A stretch of 63,353 bases of DNA, filler included, from Malassezia furfur (taxonomy: Eukaryota): the NCBI GenBank assembly GCA_052055015.1. It is 14 parts of 14 records of this genome, joined end to end, with 100 filler letters (N's around TTAATTAATTAA, not from the genome) between each part and the next. Parts side by side here need not be neighbours in the genome. Positions count along the whole stretch, not along the records: positions 1 to 4,495 come from JBQJIT010000670.1; positions 4,596 to 9,085 come from JBQJIT010000671.1; 12 more parts are not named here. One strand, given 5' to 3'. This document shows, piece by piece, positions 1 to 9,185 of the stretch; the first letter of the stretch is position 1; every line of letters starts with the position of its first letter. The notes under the pieces were generated by a model. That model did no database searches, had not been told where the DNA came from, and worked only from the letters and a program-made list of their open reading frames with translations. The position numbers were made by a program, and so were the translations under genes.

Positions 1-1566
1 GAGCCTGTGCAGCGCGGCGCGCGCCGCCTCGACACTCGCGGCGGCCGGCGCGTCGAGGTCGGTGTACGTGCCGAGCGACGTTTGCAGCCGCGCGAGCAGC
101 GCCGGCATCTCGTGCGCCGGCACCGTGCCCGCGAGGTGCGCGAGCAGCGCGTGCAGCTGGCGCGCGCTCGGCGTCGTGGCCGTGTGGCCGTACGCAGGCG
201 CCCGCGCCGCGTTCCAGTCCGTGTAGGGCACGGGCAGCTGCAGCGACACGGCGAGGCACGCTGTGTAGCTCAGCCGCGTGCCGTGCATGTCCGCCATGTG
301 CGTGTGCTCGAGCAGCGCATCGACGGCCGCCAGCACCACGATGCGCGGCGCCGCGGCAGCCGCGACGTCGGCGCGCACCTGCGGCAGCGTATGCAGCACG
401 CCGCGGGTATCCTGGACGCACGCACGTACATCTACGGGCGGCGGCACACCCTGCGCCGCGTACGGCGCAACGAGCGCAAGGCGCAGCGCGTCGTGCATCT
501 CGGGCGTCCAGTGCGCGGCGAACTCCGCGTCGGTCGGCAGCGTGTCGACGAACGCGGCGAGCGGCTGCGTCGTGGCGTGGTGCAGATAGCACAGGCGCAC
601 GGTCTGCGCGACGCTCTCCCAGCTCGGCTCGACGTGCCAAAAGCGCCGGCGCACCAGCTCCAGCACACTGCGGCCCAGCACGAGCGGCGCTGCAGGCCGC
701 ACGAAAAAGGGGCACACGACCTGCTTCCAGAACGCGCGCTTGTCTGGAAACGCGAGCGGCGCCACGTCCAGGCCTTGGAGCACGCGCGCGGAAAGCAGCG
801 GCGCGAGCCAGGACGTCGGCTGGTGCACGTCGGCGGGCATGCGCGTGCGTGGCAGCACTGCGATCGGCGCCGTATACACCACCACGAGCTGCAGCGCCGG
901 CGCGTGCGTCCAGCGAACGAGCGCCTCGAGAAAATCGTTGAGCGGCGCCGCAGCAAACTGCTCGACGCTGTACACGACGAGCTGGATGCGCGGCGTACGG
1001 GACAGCGCCGCATACTGCGCGTCGAGCAGCGCGAGGTCGTTGGCGTCGAACTCGGCGGCAAGCTCGGCGAGCGCAGCGTCGGGGTGCGCCGTTGCGAGCT
1101 GCGCGCTGACCTCGGTGACAAACGCGGCAAGCGCCGATGCCAGGTTGGCGCACTGCACGGCGCGCATCGTGACGCACACCGCGTCGCCGGCGTGCTGCTG
1201 CACGAGGTGGGGTATCCGTTCGTAGGCGGCACCGCCGCTGGCTGCGTGTGAGCGGGCCACGTACCGTCTACCGCGACGGTGGGCACACCGAGCCCTGGGG
1301 GCGGCATGCACGCGGCGATCTGCGCACAGCTCGGCGCATAGAGCGCGTCGGCGAGGTGCGTGAGCTGTGTGCGTGCACGGTCCCAGGCGTGCCGAAAGGC
1401 GTCCCAGCGCCGGCCCGCCGGCACGTCGTCCGCCTCGACCACGTCAATGCGCGCGAGCGCCGGACGCGCGGCGCGTCCGGGGGCGTACGCGCGTACCGAG
1501 ATCGGCTAGGGCGTGAGCCGCGCGCCGCGCACGTACCTCGGTGTCCAGCGCGGCCGGACTCGTCAT
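1..1566 (-). CDS. ORC3: Origin recognition complex subunit 3-like protein, 3'-truncated at the window edge; introns 1506-1536 (31 nt) and 1242-1264 (23 nt)
   Basis: ATG at 1566. Removing two GTACGT...CTCAC...YAG introns gives one open frame (MTSPAALDTE|PISVRAY...RRWDAFRHAW...VPTVAVD|ASGG...VEQFAAAPLNDFLEALVRW...LVLGRSVLELVRRRFWHVEPSW...YLHHATTQPLAAF). The motif layout resembles the ORC3 N-terminal domain but is divergent. Confidence 0.55.
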
Positions 1567-1606
1567 CGTCGTGCGCTCGGCCGAGCTTCCCCCGACGACG
1601 ACTGCG

Positions 1607-2425
1607 ATGGCCCCGAAGCGCGGAAAGCAGGCGGTACGCCGCCAGGCGAGCAACCTCGCGGCGAAGGCCAACTTGCACACCGAGAACATCTTCCTGTTCG
1701 TGCCGAACCTGATCGGCTATGCGCGCGTGATCCTCGCGGCGATCTCGCTGTACTACATGCGCGACAACCCCAAGATGTGCACGGTGCTGTACTGCATCTC
1801 GTGCCTGCTCGACGCGTTCGACGGGATGTTTGCGCGGCGCCTGGACCAGAGCACGCGGTTCGGTGCGGTGCTCGATATGGTCACGGACCGGTGCACGACG
1901 TCGTGCCTGCTGTGCTTCCTGACCGCGGCCTACCCGCGCTGTGCGCTGCTCTTCCAGTTCCTCGTGACTCTCGACTTTAGCAGCCACTACATCCACATGT
2001 ACAGCACGCTGGTGTCCGGCTCGCAATCGCACAAGGTGGTCGACTCGTCGCGCTCGCGCATCCTCAACCTGTACTATACCGACACGCGTGTGCTGTTCCT
2101 CTTCTGCGCCTGCAACGAGATCTTCTTCGTGTGCCTGTACCTGATGGACTTTTACAAGCAGCCGCTCGGTCTCGACCTGCTCGCGTTTGTGCCTCACAGC
2201 GTCGCCGAGGCGCTGCCCCTGCACAAGGGCTCGGCGCTGTACCACGCGCTGCACGTCTATCTCCCGACGCTCACCTGGCCCCAGATCCTCGGCGCACTGA
2301 CCCTGCCCGTGTGCATCGGCAAGCAGATCATCAACGGTGTGCAGTTCTGGAAGGCGGCCAAGGTGCTCGTCGATCTCGACCTCGAAGACCGCCGCCGCCG
2401 CCGGCAGCACGGCAAGCGCGCCTAG
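1607..2425 (+). CDS. PIS1: Phosphatidylinositol synthase (CDP-alcohol phosphatidyltransferase)
   Basis: ENIFLFVPNLIGYAR, the CDP-alcohol motif LLDAFDGMFARRLDQSTRFGAVLDMVTDR, and LDFSSHYIHMY. Confidence 0.95.
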   Translation: MAPKRGKQAVRRQASNLAAKANLHTENIFLFVPNLIGYARVILAAISLYYMRDNPKMCTVLYCISCLLDAFDGMFARRLDQSTRFGAVLDMVTDRCTTSCLLCFLTAAYPRCALLFQFLVTLDFSSHYIHMYSTLVSGSQSHKVVDSSRSRILNLYYTDTRVLFLFCACNEIFFVCLYLMDFYKQPLGLDLLAFVPHSVAEALPLHKGSALYHALHVYLPTLTWPQILGALTLPVCIGKQIINGVQFWKAAKVLVDLDLEDRRRRRQHGKRA

Positions 2426-2452
2426 AATGCGAGCGTGTTCGCGTGGTATCGT

Positions 2453-3576
2453 CTACTGGTAGTCCAGGTAGTCTAAAAGAGCGGTCGAGACCGGCGGTGG
2501 CCGCTGGGTCTCTTGCAAATGCGCCGAGATCGTCTCGATTAGCATCCACGTAATGCCGTGCGACAAGAAGCTGCGCACTGCACTGATGCCCAGCCCGCGG
2601 TAGAGCCGCGCGATGTGGTTCAGCGGCACGCCGGCGATCGTGAAGCGCGACGGCACCGACGTCGGCTGCGCATGCACCAGCTTCTTGAACACGCGCACGG
2701 CATTCAGGCGCGGCGCCCCCGCGAGCGCATCGCGCTGGATCTGCGTCTTGAGCAAATCCACCGGGTACACGAGCAGCCACGAGAGCATCCCCGCGGACGA
2801 GCCGATCAGGAACGACAAGACCGGGCTCGGCACGCCCATGGTCTGCTTCCGCGCCTCGAGCTGGTTGCCCATGGCGCGGAGCGTGTCGTAGATGCCAAAG
2901 TACAGCGCGGAGCCGAGCGTGTCGCGGCACAGGTGGAGCGGGAAGCCCAGGTAGAAGCCGCGCACGCCGCCGTGAGTGCGATAGATGTCGAGCGCGGCGC
3001 GGAAGCCCGACTGCGGCTTGAACGGCGCACTCGGCTCGCCGCGCGCCTTTTGCCGCTGCGCAGCGATGAGGAATTCGAGCTGGCGCTGCACCTTGACCAG
3101 CTCGAACGGCGCGGAGCCGCAGCTGATTACGGTGCCGCTCGTCATGCCGCCGACTGCACCATACATCGCGGTGCGCCACAGCTGGCTGCCGTCGTTCGGC
3201 CCGACGTGCGTGTCGAGCCAGGTTTTCGTGCCCGTGTAGATGCTGAAGGACGAGGTGCGCACAAAGGTGATGGTGATGAGCGGGATCGATGCGCCGCGGA
3301 AGAGGCCACGCACGCCCTCCTCGCGCACGACGGCACGCGCGCACGCCCATGCGCTGGGGTAGTCCTTCACCTGGAGACGGCTTTTGATGCTGTCAAACTG
3401 GCGATCAGCTGCGCACACGTACCGGAAACGACGCAAGGGTCGACACGAGCGATGCCGGGCCCGCCGATGCCAACGTCGGATGCGCTGCGTGTGAGCCACA
3501 CACACGTACCATGCAAATATTCGTACAGCTTGTGTACGTGCCGCGCATACGGCGACTCCCGGCGCTGCTCCGGCAT
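2453..3576 (-). CDS. Mitochondrial carrier family protein (carnitine/ornithine carrier-like); introns 3485-3509 and 3398-3422 (25 nt each)
   Basis: After splicing, three carrier signature motifs appear: PFDSIKSRLQ, PFELVKVQRQ and PVDLLKTQIQ, with EEGVRGLFRG and GGVRGFYLG. Confidence 0.9.
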
Positions 3577-3653
3577 CGTGCGGAGGCGTGCGTGCACGGC
3601 GCGCCGCGAACGCCGCGCACAATTGCGCGCACGCCGATTGGTCGCTCGGCCGA

Positions 3654-4495
3654 CTACAGGGCTATCAGCTTCACGCGGCTCGGCACTTCGCGCGTCGCAA
3701 ACGGGTCCGCAGGCCCGTGCGCTGCGGCGCCGTCATGGGACGACCCGGGCCGCGGGATGGCGGGACGCGTGCGCCCAGGCACGGCCGTGAAGTAGCTCCC
3801 CGAGTCGTGGCTGCGCGCGTTGGCCCCGCGCGCCCACGGCATCCGCAGCTCCGACAGGTTCGACGTCGAGACGCCGCCGCCGCCGCTGCTGTTGCTCGAC
3901 TCCTCCAGGATGCGGCTCACGTCGGTGGCCGCATACGGCGACCCGATCCACTGTAGCATGCGGTTCAGCTCCGACCAGCTCACGCCGAACCGCACACATA
4001 GCTCGTCGTCGCAGTGCATCCCGTCCAGCAGCCCGGGCAGCTCCGGCGGGATGGGAATCGTGACGCTTGCGCGCGGCGACCGCAGCGGCGTGCGCACCCA
4101 CCCGGACTCGTCGCGGAACGACGTCGGCTCGGCGGCACCGTACGCAAGGCTCGCGACGTCGATCGCCGTCGCGGTCGGCCGGTGCGCCATCGCGCGCGCC
4201 GACGGCCGCGATTCGAGCGTGTTGCGCCGCGGCACTTCCGCGCGCGCCGACGTGCTCAGCGAAAAGAGCGAGTCGTGGTCGGCGTGCAGCATGTCGCTCG
4301 GGGGCACGGGGATCGCGCCCGCCCCCGCAAACTGCAGCCACGAGGAGGCGGCGGAGCGCGCCGACGCCGAGCTCGCGTACTGGATCGCACTCGCGAACGA
4401 TGTCGGCGCGACGACATCCGCGTTGCGCCGCGGCCAGTCGGCCTCGACCTCGGCGGTGCGGTCTTCGCTCGCATACACGAGCGTGGGGTATCGGT
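3654..4495 (-). CDS. NPR2: C-terminal part of GATOR1/SEACIT subunit Npr2 (NPRL2), 5'-truncated
   Basis: LPGLLDGMHCDDELCVRFGVSWSELNRML resembles the NPRL2 C-terminal winged-helix motif (G-x-H-x-x-D-E-I-C-x-x-x-G-x-S-x-x-E-L). Confidence 0.65.
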
Positions 4496-4595
4496 NNNNN
4501 NNNNNNNNNNNNNNNNNNNNNNNNNNNNNNNNNNNNNNNTTAATTAATTAANNNNNNNNNNNNNNNNNNNNNNNNNNNNNNNNNNNNNNNNNNNN
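4496..4595. other. Artificial contig-joining spacer (N44-TTAATTAATTAA-N44, stops in all six frames), one of 13 copies
   Basis: Identical 100-nt spacers start at 4496, 9086, 13641, 18193, 22734, 27265, 31792, 36316, 40839, 45360, 49881, 54385 and 58874. The intervening contig lengths run in descending order (4495, 4490, 4455 ... 4380). Confidence 0.99.
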
Positions 4596-4883
4596 CTTGC
4601 CTTGGCGCCCTCGGCACCCTCGCCTGCGGCGCCGGCACCGGCGGGCAGCGGCCCGTTTGCGGTGCGCATCAACCCGCTCAAGGCGGCGAGCACGAGCGCT
4701 GCGCGGCCGAATCCACTCAAGGCGGCGCCGAAAGACGACGCGAAGCGGCGGGCGCCGCCGACGCACCTGGGTGCGGCGGAGCGTATCATGCTCGAGGAGC
4801 AGAGCCGCAAGCGCAAGGACGACGCGCCGCGCGCCGCGCCGGGTCCGATGCGCGACGCGGGGGTCAAGCGGAGCCGATTCTAG
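4596..4883 (+). CDS. C-terminal fragment, possibly fungal KIN17/Rts2-like zinc-finger protein
   Basis: Open frame to a TAG stop. NPLK repeats and AAERIMLEEQSRKRK...KRSRF resemble fungal Rts2/KIN17 tails. Only the tail is visible. Confidence 0.4.
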   Translation, partial: LALAPSAPSPAAPAPAGSGPFAVRINPLKAASTSAARPNPLKAAPKDDAKRRAPPTHLGAAERIMLEEQSRKRKDDAPRAAPGPMRDAGVKRSRF

Positions 4884-5130
4884 CTGGCCGTGCGCCGATC
4901 GGGCTGCAGCGTTTGTAATCGGGTGTAGAGCATTTGTCGGGCAGCGTGGGCATCACGTGCGAGTCATGACCGGGACAACACGGAAAGTGCGTGCGCGAGC
5001 GGCCGAGACGCCCGACAGGGGCCTAGTAGGGGTGCGGCGGCACGCTGGCGCTTCTTCGGTGCAGAGAGCCCGGGTTGCGATTCGTCCTCTCTTTTAGACG
5101 AGCGCCGGAGCCGACTGCTATCTTCGCTCC

Positions 5131-6482
5131 ATGTCTGTGCCTAGGTCTTCGACTCGTGTCCTGCGTTCCGTGCCCGCCCAGCTGCGCACGGCGGGCGCCT
5201 CGCGCGCGCTGTCCACGTCGCGTGCGGCGGCGATCCCCTACGTTGCGCTGGTACGTTTTTTCCTGCCTGACCCCAGCATGAGACCGCGCCGGTCGTCTCG
5301 CTCACGGTCGCTGCGCGCGCCGGCCCGCGCTACGAGCCCGCCGAGGGCGTTGCGCACGCGCTCAAGAACTTTGCCTTCCGCTCGACGAACGAGCGCTCGG
5401 CGCTGCGCATTGTGCGTGAGGCCGAGCTGAACGGCGGTGCGCTTTCCGCCGCGCTCAACAAGGAGCACCTCCTGCTCACCGCCGAGTTCCTCAAGGGCGA
5501 CGAGGAGCACTTTGCCGCGCTCCTCGCCGAGGTCGTGCGCTCGACCAAGTACAACCAGTTCGAGTTCAAGGAGGATGTCCTCCCCTCGCTCGCCGCCGAC
5601 CTCGCACAGGCGTCGCAGGACCCGGTCGTGTACGGTCTGGAGACGCTGCAGGCGACCGCGTACCGCTACCAGGGCGTCGGCAGCACGCTCTTTGCGAACC
5701 CCGCCGTGCCGGTCCAGCTGGCGGATGTCAAGGCGTTTGCCGGCAAGGCACTCACGCAGGCGAACCTTGCGCTGGTGTCGAGCGGCCTGAGCGGCGCGCA
5801 GATGGAGCAGCTCATGAAGCACTTTGACGGCGTGCCCGCCGGCGAGGCGCTCCTGCCGCCCCCGGCGACGTACTACGGCGGCGACTTCCGCGCGCCGATC
5901 GCCGACGCGCATGGCCACCCGCTGCCCCAGGACCACTTCTTCCTGGCGTTCGAGGGCGGTGCGCAGACGAACCGCGCCGAGGTCGCCGTGCTCGAGGCGC
6001 TGCTCGGCGGCGCCTCCTCGGTGAAGTGGTCGCACGGCCAGACGCCCCTCGCCCGCATCCAGCAGCAGGTCGAGGGCGCCGAGGTGCGCGCCTTCAACAC
6101 CGTCTCGCAGGGCACCGGCCTGTTTGGCCTGCACGTCGCCGCGCCGCAGGGCAAGGTCGCCGACGCCGCCAAGCTCGCGGTGCAGGCGCTGCAGCGCATC
6201 GCCTCCGGCGCCCCCTCCGCCGAGGAGCTCACGCGGGCGGTCGCCAACGCCAAGTTTGGCGCCGCGACGCGGTTCGAGGGCTCGCGCCAGCTCGCGCACG
6301 AGTCGGTCGCCGCGGCGCTGCTCAACGACGGCACGCCGTCGCTGAGCGAGCGGCTCGCCAAGATCGACGCCGTGGACGCCGCGGCGGTCTCGTCGCTCGC
6401 CGAGTCGCTGCTCAAGAGCAAGCCGACGACCACCGCGCTGGGCGCGCTCAAGCAGCTGCCCTACGCCGAGGAGCTCCTCTAA
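5131..6482 (+). CDS. QCR2: Cytochrome bc1 complex core subunit 2 (M16 family, non-catalytic); intron 5251-5276 (26 nt)
   Basis: Mitochondrial presequence, then spliced AGPRYEPAEGVAHALKNFAFRSTNERSALRIVREAELNGG, LLGGASSVKWS, and the terminal LPYAEEL. Confidence 0.93.
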
Positions 6483-6519
6483 ATAGATTGGCCCCGATAG
6501 GCCCTGCCTATTAGTAACC

Positions 6520-7651
6520 ATGTCCAACGCCCCGCGCGTCGTCCAGTGCACCGCGGTGCCGAGCCCCTATCTGCAGGAAGCACACGACCGCGGCGACGTG
6601 CGCCTGACCGTCTGGACGCCCCGCGAGGACGAGGCGCACCTCACCACCGCGCCGCGCGCCTGGCTCCTCGAGCACGCGCCGGGCGCCAGTGCGCTCCTCG
6701 TCGTGCTCCAGAACCGCGTCGACGCCGAGGTGCTCGACCGCGCTGGCGACTCGCTGCGCGTCGTCTCGACGATGAGCGTCGGCTACGACCACATCGACCT
6801 CGACGCATGCAAGCAGCGCAACGTCCGCGTCGGCTACAGTACGTCTGCCTGCTCACCCAGCGCCCCACGTCCTCACCGAGGCGGTCGCCGACACCGCCGT
6901 GCTCCTCGCGCTGATGGGCACGCGCCATGCGCTCCCTGCAAGCCGCCTCGTCACCGACGGCCGCTGGCCCACGACGCCGATGCGCCCCCTCACCCTCACC
7001 GGGCCCAGCCTCGAGGGCAAGACGATCGGGTTCGTGGGCTTCGGTGCCATTGCCCAGACCGCCGCGCGCCGCCTCGCGTCCTTCCGCCCAGGGCGCGTGG
7101 TGTACACCGCGTCGAAGCCCAAGCCGTTTGACGTGCACGGCGCGGCGTTCGCGCCGCTCCTCGACGACGTCCTCGGCACCTACGCCCGTGCGCACGGACG
7201 CCTGCCGTTCGACGTCGAAAACGTCCAAGACGTCGGCCGCATGGCCGCCGAGGCCGACGTCCTGATCGTGCTCGCCAACTACGCGCCGTCGACGCACCAC
7301 ATCGTCAACGCCGACGTCCTCCAGCGCATGAAGAAGACGGCGACCGTCGTCAACGTCGCGCGCGGGCCACTTATCGACACCGACGCGCTCGTCGACGCGC
7401 TCCACCGCGACGCCATCGCCGGCGTCGCGCTTGACGTGGTCGAGGGCGAGCCGCAGATCACACCCGAGCACCCGCTGCTCGCGCCGGCGCTCGCCGACAA
7501 GGTCGTCCTCCTGCCGCACATCGGCAGTGCCACGACCGAGGCGCGGGAGGGCATGGCCAACTACGCGACGCTCAACGTGCTCGCCGCCCTGGGCCTGCGC
7601 CCCGGCGACGAGAAGGACACGTTCTGTGCGGAGCTGGACCTGTCCAAGTAG
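6520..7651 (+). CDS. Glyoxylate/hydroxypyruvate reductase-like D-2-hydroxyacid dehydrogenase; intron 6839-6860 (22 nt)
   Basis: STMSVGYDHID, spliced VGYTPHVLTEAVAD, GFVGFGAIA, VNVARG, LDVVEGEP and LPHIGSAT. Confidence 0.92.
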
Positions 7652-7652
7652 T

Positions 7653-8828
7653 CTACTCGTCGTCGCTATCACTCGCATAGGCCGCCAACCCCTGCAGCGT
7701 TTGCGGCGCGCGCGCGGCCGGCGCCTTGTGCCGCAGCGCCGCCAGGGAGCGCACCGCCTCGTCGCTGAGCAGTCCGCGCGCCTCGGCCTGGGGCGCGGGC
7801 GCCTCCTTCCGCGGGGCCTTGGCCTCCTGGGCGTGCTCTGCATCGTAGGCCTTCCAGCCCCGCGCGTTCTCCGCGTCGAGGCGCGCGGCCTCCTCCTCCG
7901 ACAGCGCGAGGCGCTGCCGCTTCGCACGCGCATACTCGCCCCAGTCGATCGTCGGGTCGTCCTTGCGTGCCTCGTACGCCGCGTCCTGCTCGGCGCGGGC
8001 GGCGTCGATAGCGGCGATCTGGCGCTCGCCCTGCTTGCGCAGCGCCTCCTCCTCCTTCGGCACGAAGTCGTTCTTGGGGTCGTCGGTCGACCAGCGCACG
8101 TTGAGCACCTCGTTGTGGTCGAGCGACTGGTGCATCATGGCCTCCTTGGCGAACTGCGCATTGGCCTCGTACTTGTACGTCACAAACGCAATCCCGCGGC
8201 CGACCATCGCGCGCACGCGCTCGATCTCGCCCCACTCGCTAAAGTGCCGCCGCACGATCTTGGCCATGGTGCTCTTCTCGCCGTCGGGGTCGTCGCCCTC
8301 CTTGGCGTTGCCCGTGCGCCGGAAACTGAGCGAGGTATCTTCGTTGATGCGCCCGACGTACAGCGTGCGGTTCACGCGGTGCATCGAGCCGACGCCGCCC
8401 ATGTCGTCGCGGTACGACCCGTGCTTCTCGCGCCCAAAGATGTCCACGCCCTGCTCGGCCACCTCGTGCGAGCGCGGCAGGCGGTGCAGGTAGGTGCAGT
8501 TGGCGCCGTGGGGGCAGCAGCCGCGCGCGAAAAAGAGGCAGCAGTACGCGGCGTCGGTCAAAATGCCGCCGCCCGCCGCCTGCCGCATGCGCAGGTCCGC
8601 ACGCGTGTAGCCCGCGTCGCGCGCCAGGTCGCAGCGCGTCTCGGAGTGCGTCTTGTTGCCGGGGCCGCTGTTGTCGTTGTCGCCGTGCGACATGGCATTG
8701 TACCTGATATTGTACACCATCCCCGACGTCGTCGTGCGTTCTGCACGCGTCCGGATCACATCGAGCTCCTCAAAGGTGATCTGTGGCCGCGCGGGGCGCC
8801 CCAGCTCGCCCTCGCGTGCCGTCGTCAT
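7653..8828 (-). CDS. CWC2: Pre-mRNA splicing factor Cwc2 (torus/CCCH zinc finger plus RRM)
   Basis: RPARPQ, CLFFARGCCPHGANCTYLHRLP, DIFGREKHGSYRDDMGGVGS, RTLYVGRI, and AQFAKEAMMHQSLDHNEVLNVRW. Confidence 0.95.
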   Translation of the reverse strand: MTTAREGELGRPARPQITFEELDVIRTRAERTTTSGMVYNIRYNAMSHGDNDNSGPGNKTHSETRCDLARDAGYTRADLRMRQAAGGGILTDAAYCCLFFARGCCPHGANCTYLHRLPRSHEVAEQGVDIFGREKHGSYRDDMGGVGSMHRVNRTLYVGRINEDTSLSFRRTGNAKEGDDPDGEKSTMAKIVRRHFSEWGEIERVRAMVGRGIAFVTYKYEANAQFAKEAMMHQSLDHNEVLNVRWSTDDPKNDFVPKEEEALRKQGERQIAAIDAARAEQDAAYEARKDDPTIDWGEYARAKRQRLALSEEEAARLDAENARGWKAYDAEHAQEAKAPRKEAPAPQAEARGLLSDEAVRSLAALRHKAPAARAPQTLQGLAAYASDSDDE

Positions 8829-8866
8829 CGCAGAAACCAAGCCCGATCGCCCCGATCGTGCTTCGC

Positions 8867-9085
8867 ATGCCCCGCACGGCGTACACGGCGCTCGTGGTGC
8901 TCCTCCTGCGCCCGGCCGGCGCCGCGGACGCCCAGCGCCTGCAGCAGCTGCAGCGCATCCGCCACACGTACGACGCCGCGTACACGCGCTGGCTGCCGCA
9001 CATCACGCTCGTCCCGCCGTTCGCGGTGCCGCCGCCGGACGCCGACGCCGGCGAAGACGCCGAGCCAGCGGGCTCGGGCGGCGCC
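8867..9085 (+). CDS. 2H-phosphoesterase (LigT/2'-5' RNA ligase-like) protein, N-terminal fragment
   Basis: IRHTYDAAYTRWLPHITLVPPF contains the first HxT motif of the 2H superfamily. Truncated by the contig end. Confidence 0.65.
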
Positions 9086-9185
9086 NNNNNNNNNNNNNNN
9101 NNNNNNNNNNNNNNNNNNNNNNNNNNNNNTTAATTAATTAANNNNNNNNNNNNNNNNNNNNNNNNNNNNNNNNNNNNNNNNNNNN

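Noticed and set aside
6839..6860. Apparent frameshifts in many genes, suggesting pseudogenes or programmed frameshifting
   Set aside because: Apart from the CFT1/SPT2 junction, every frame change I examined is resolved by a canonical short GT-AG intron with a branch motif.
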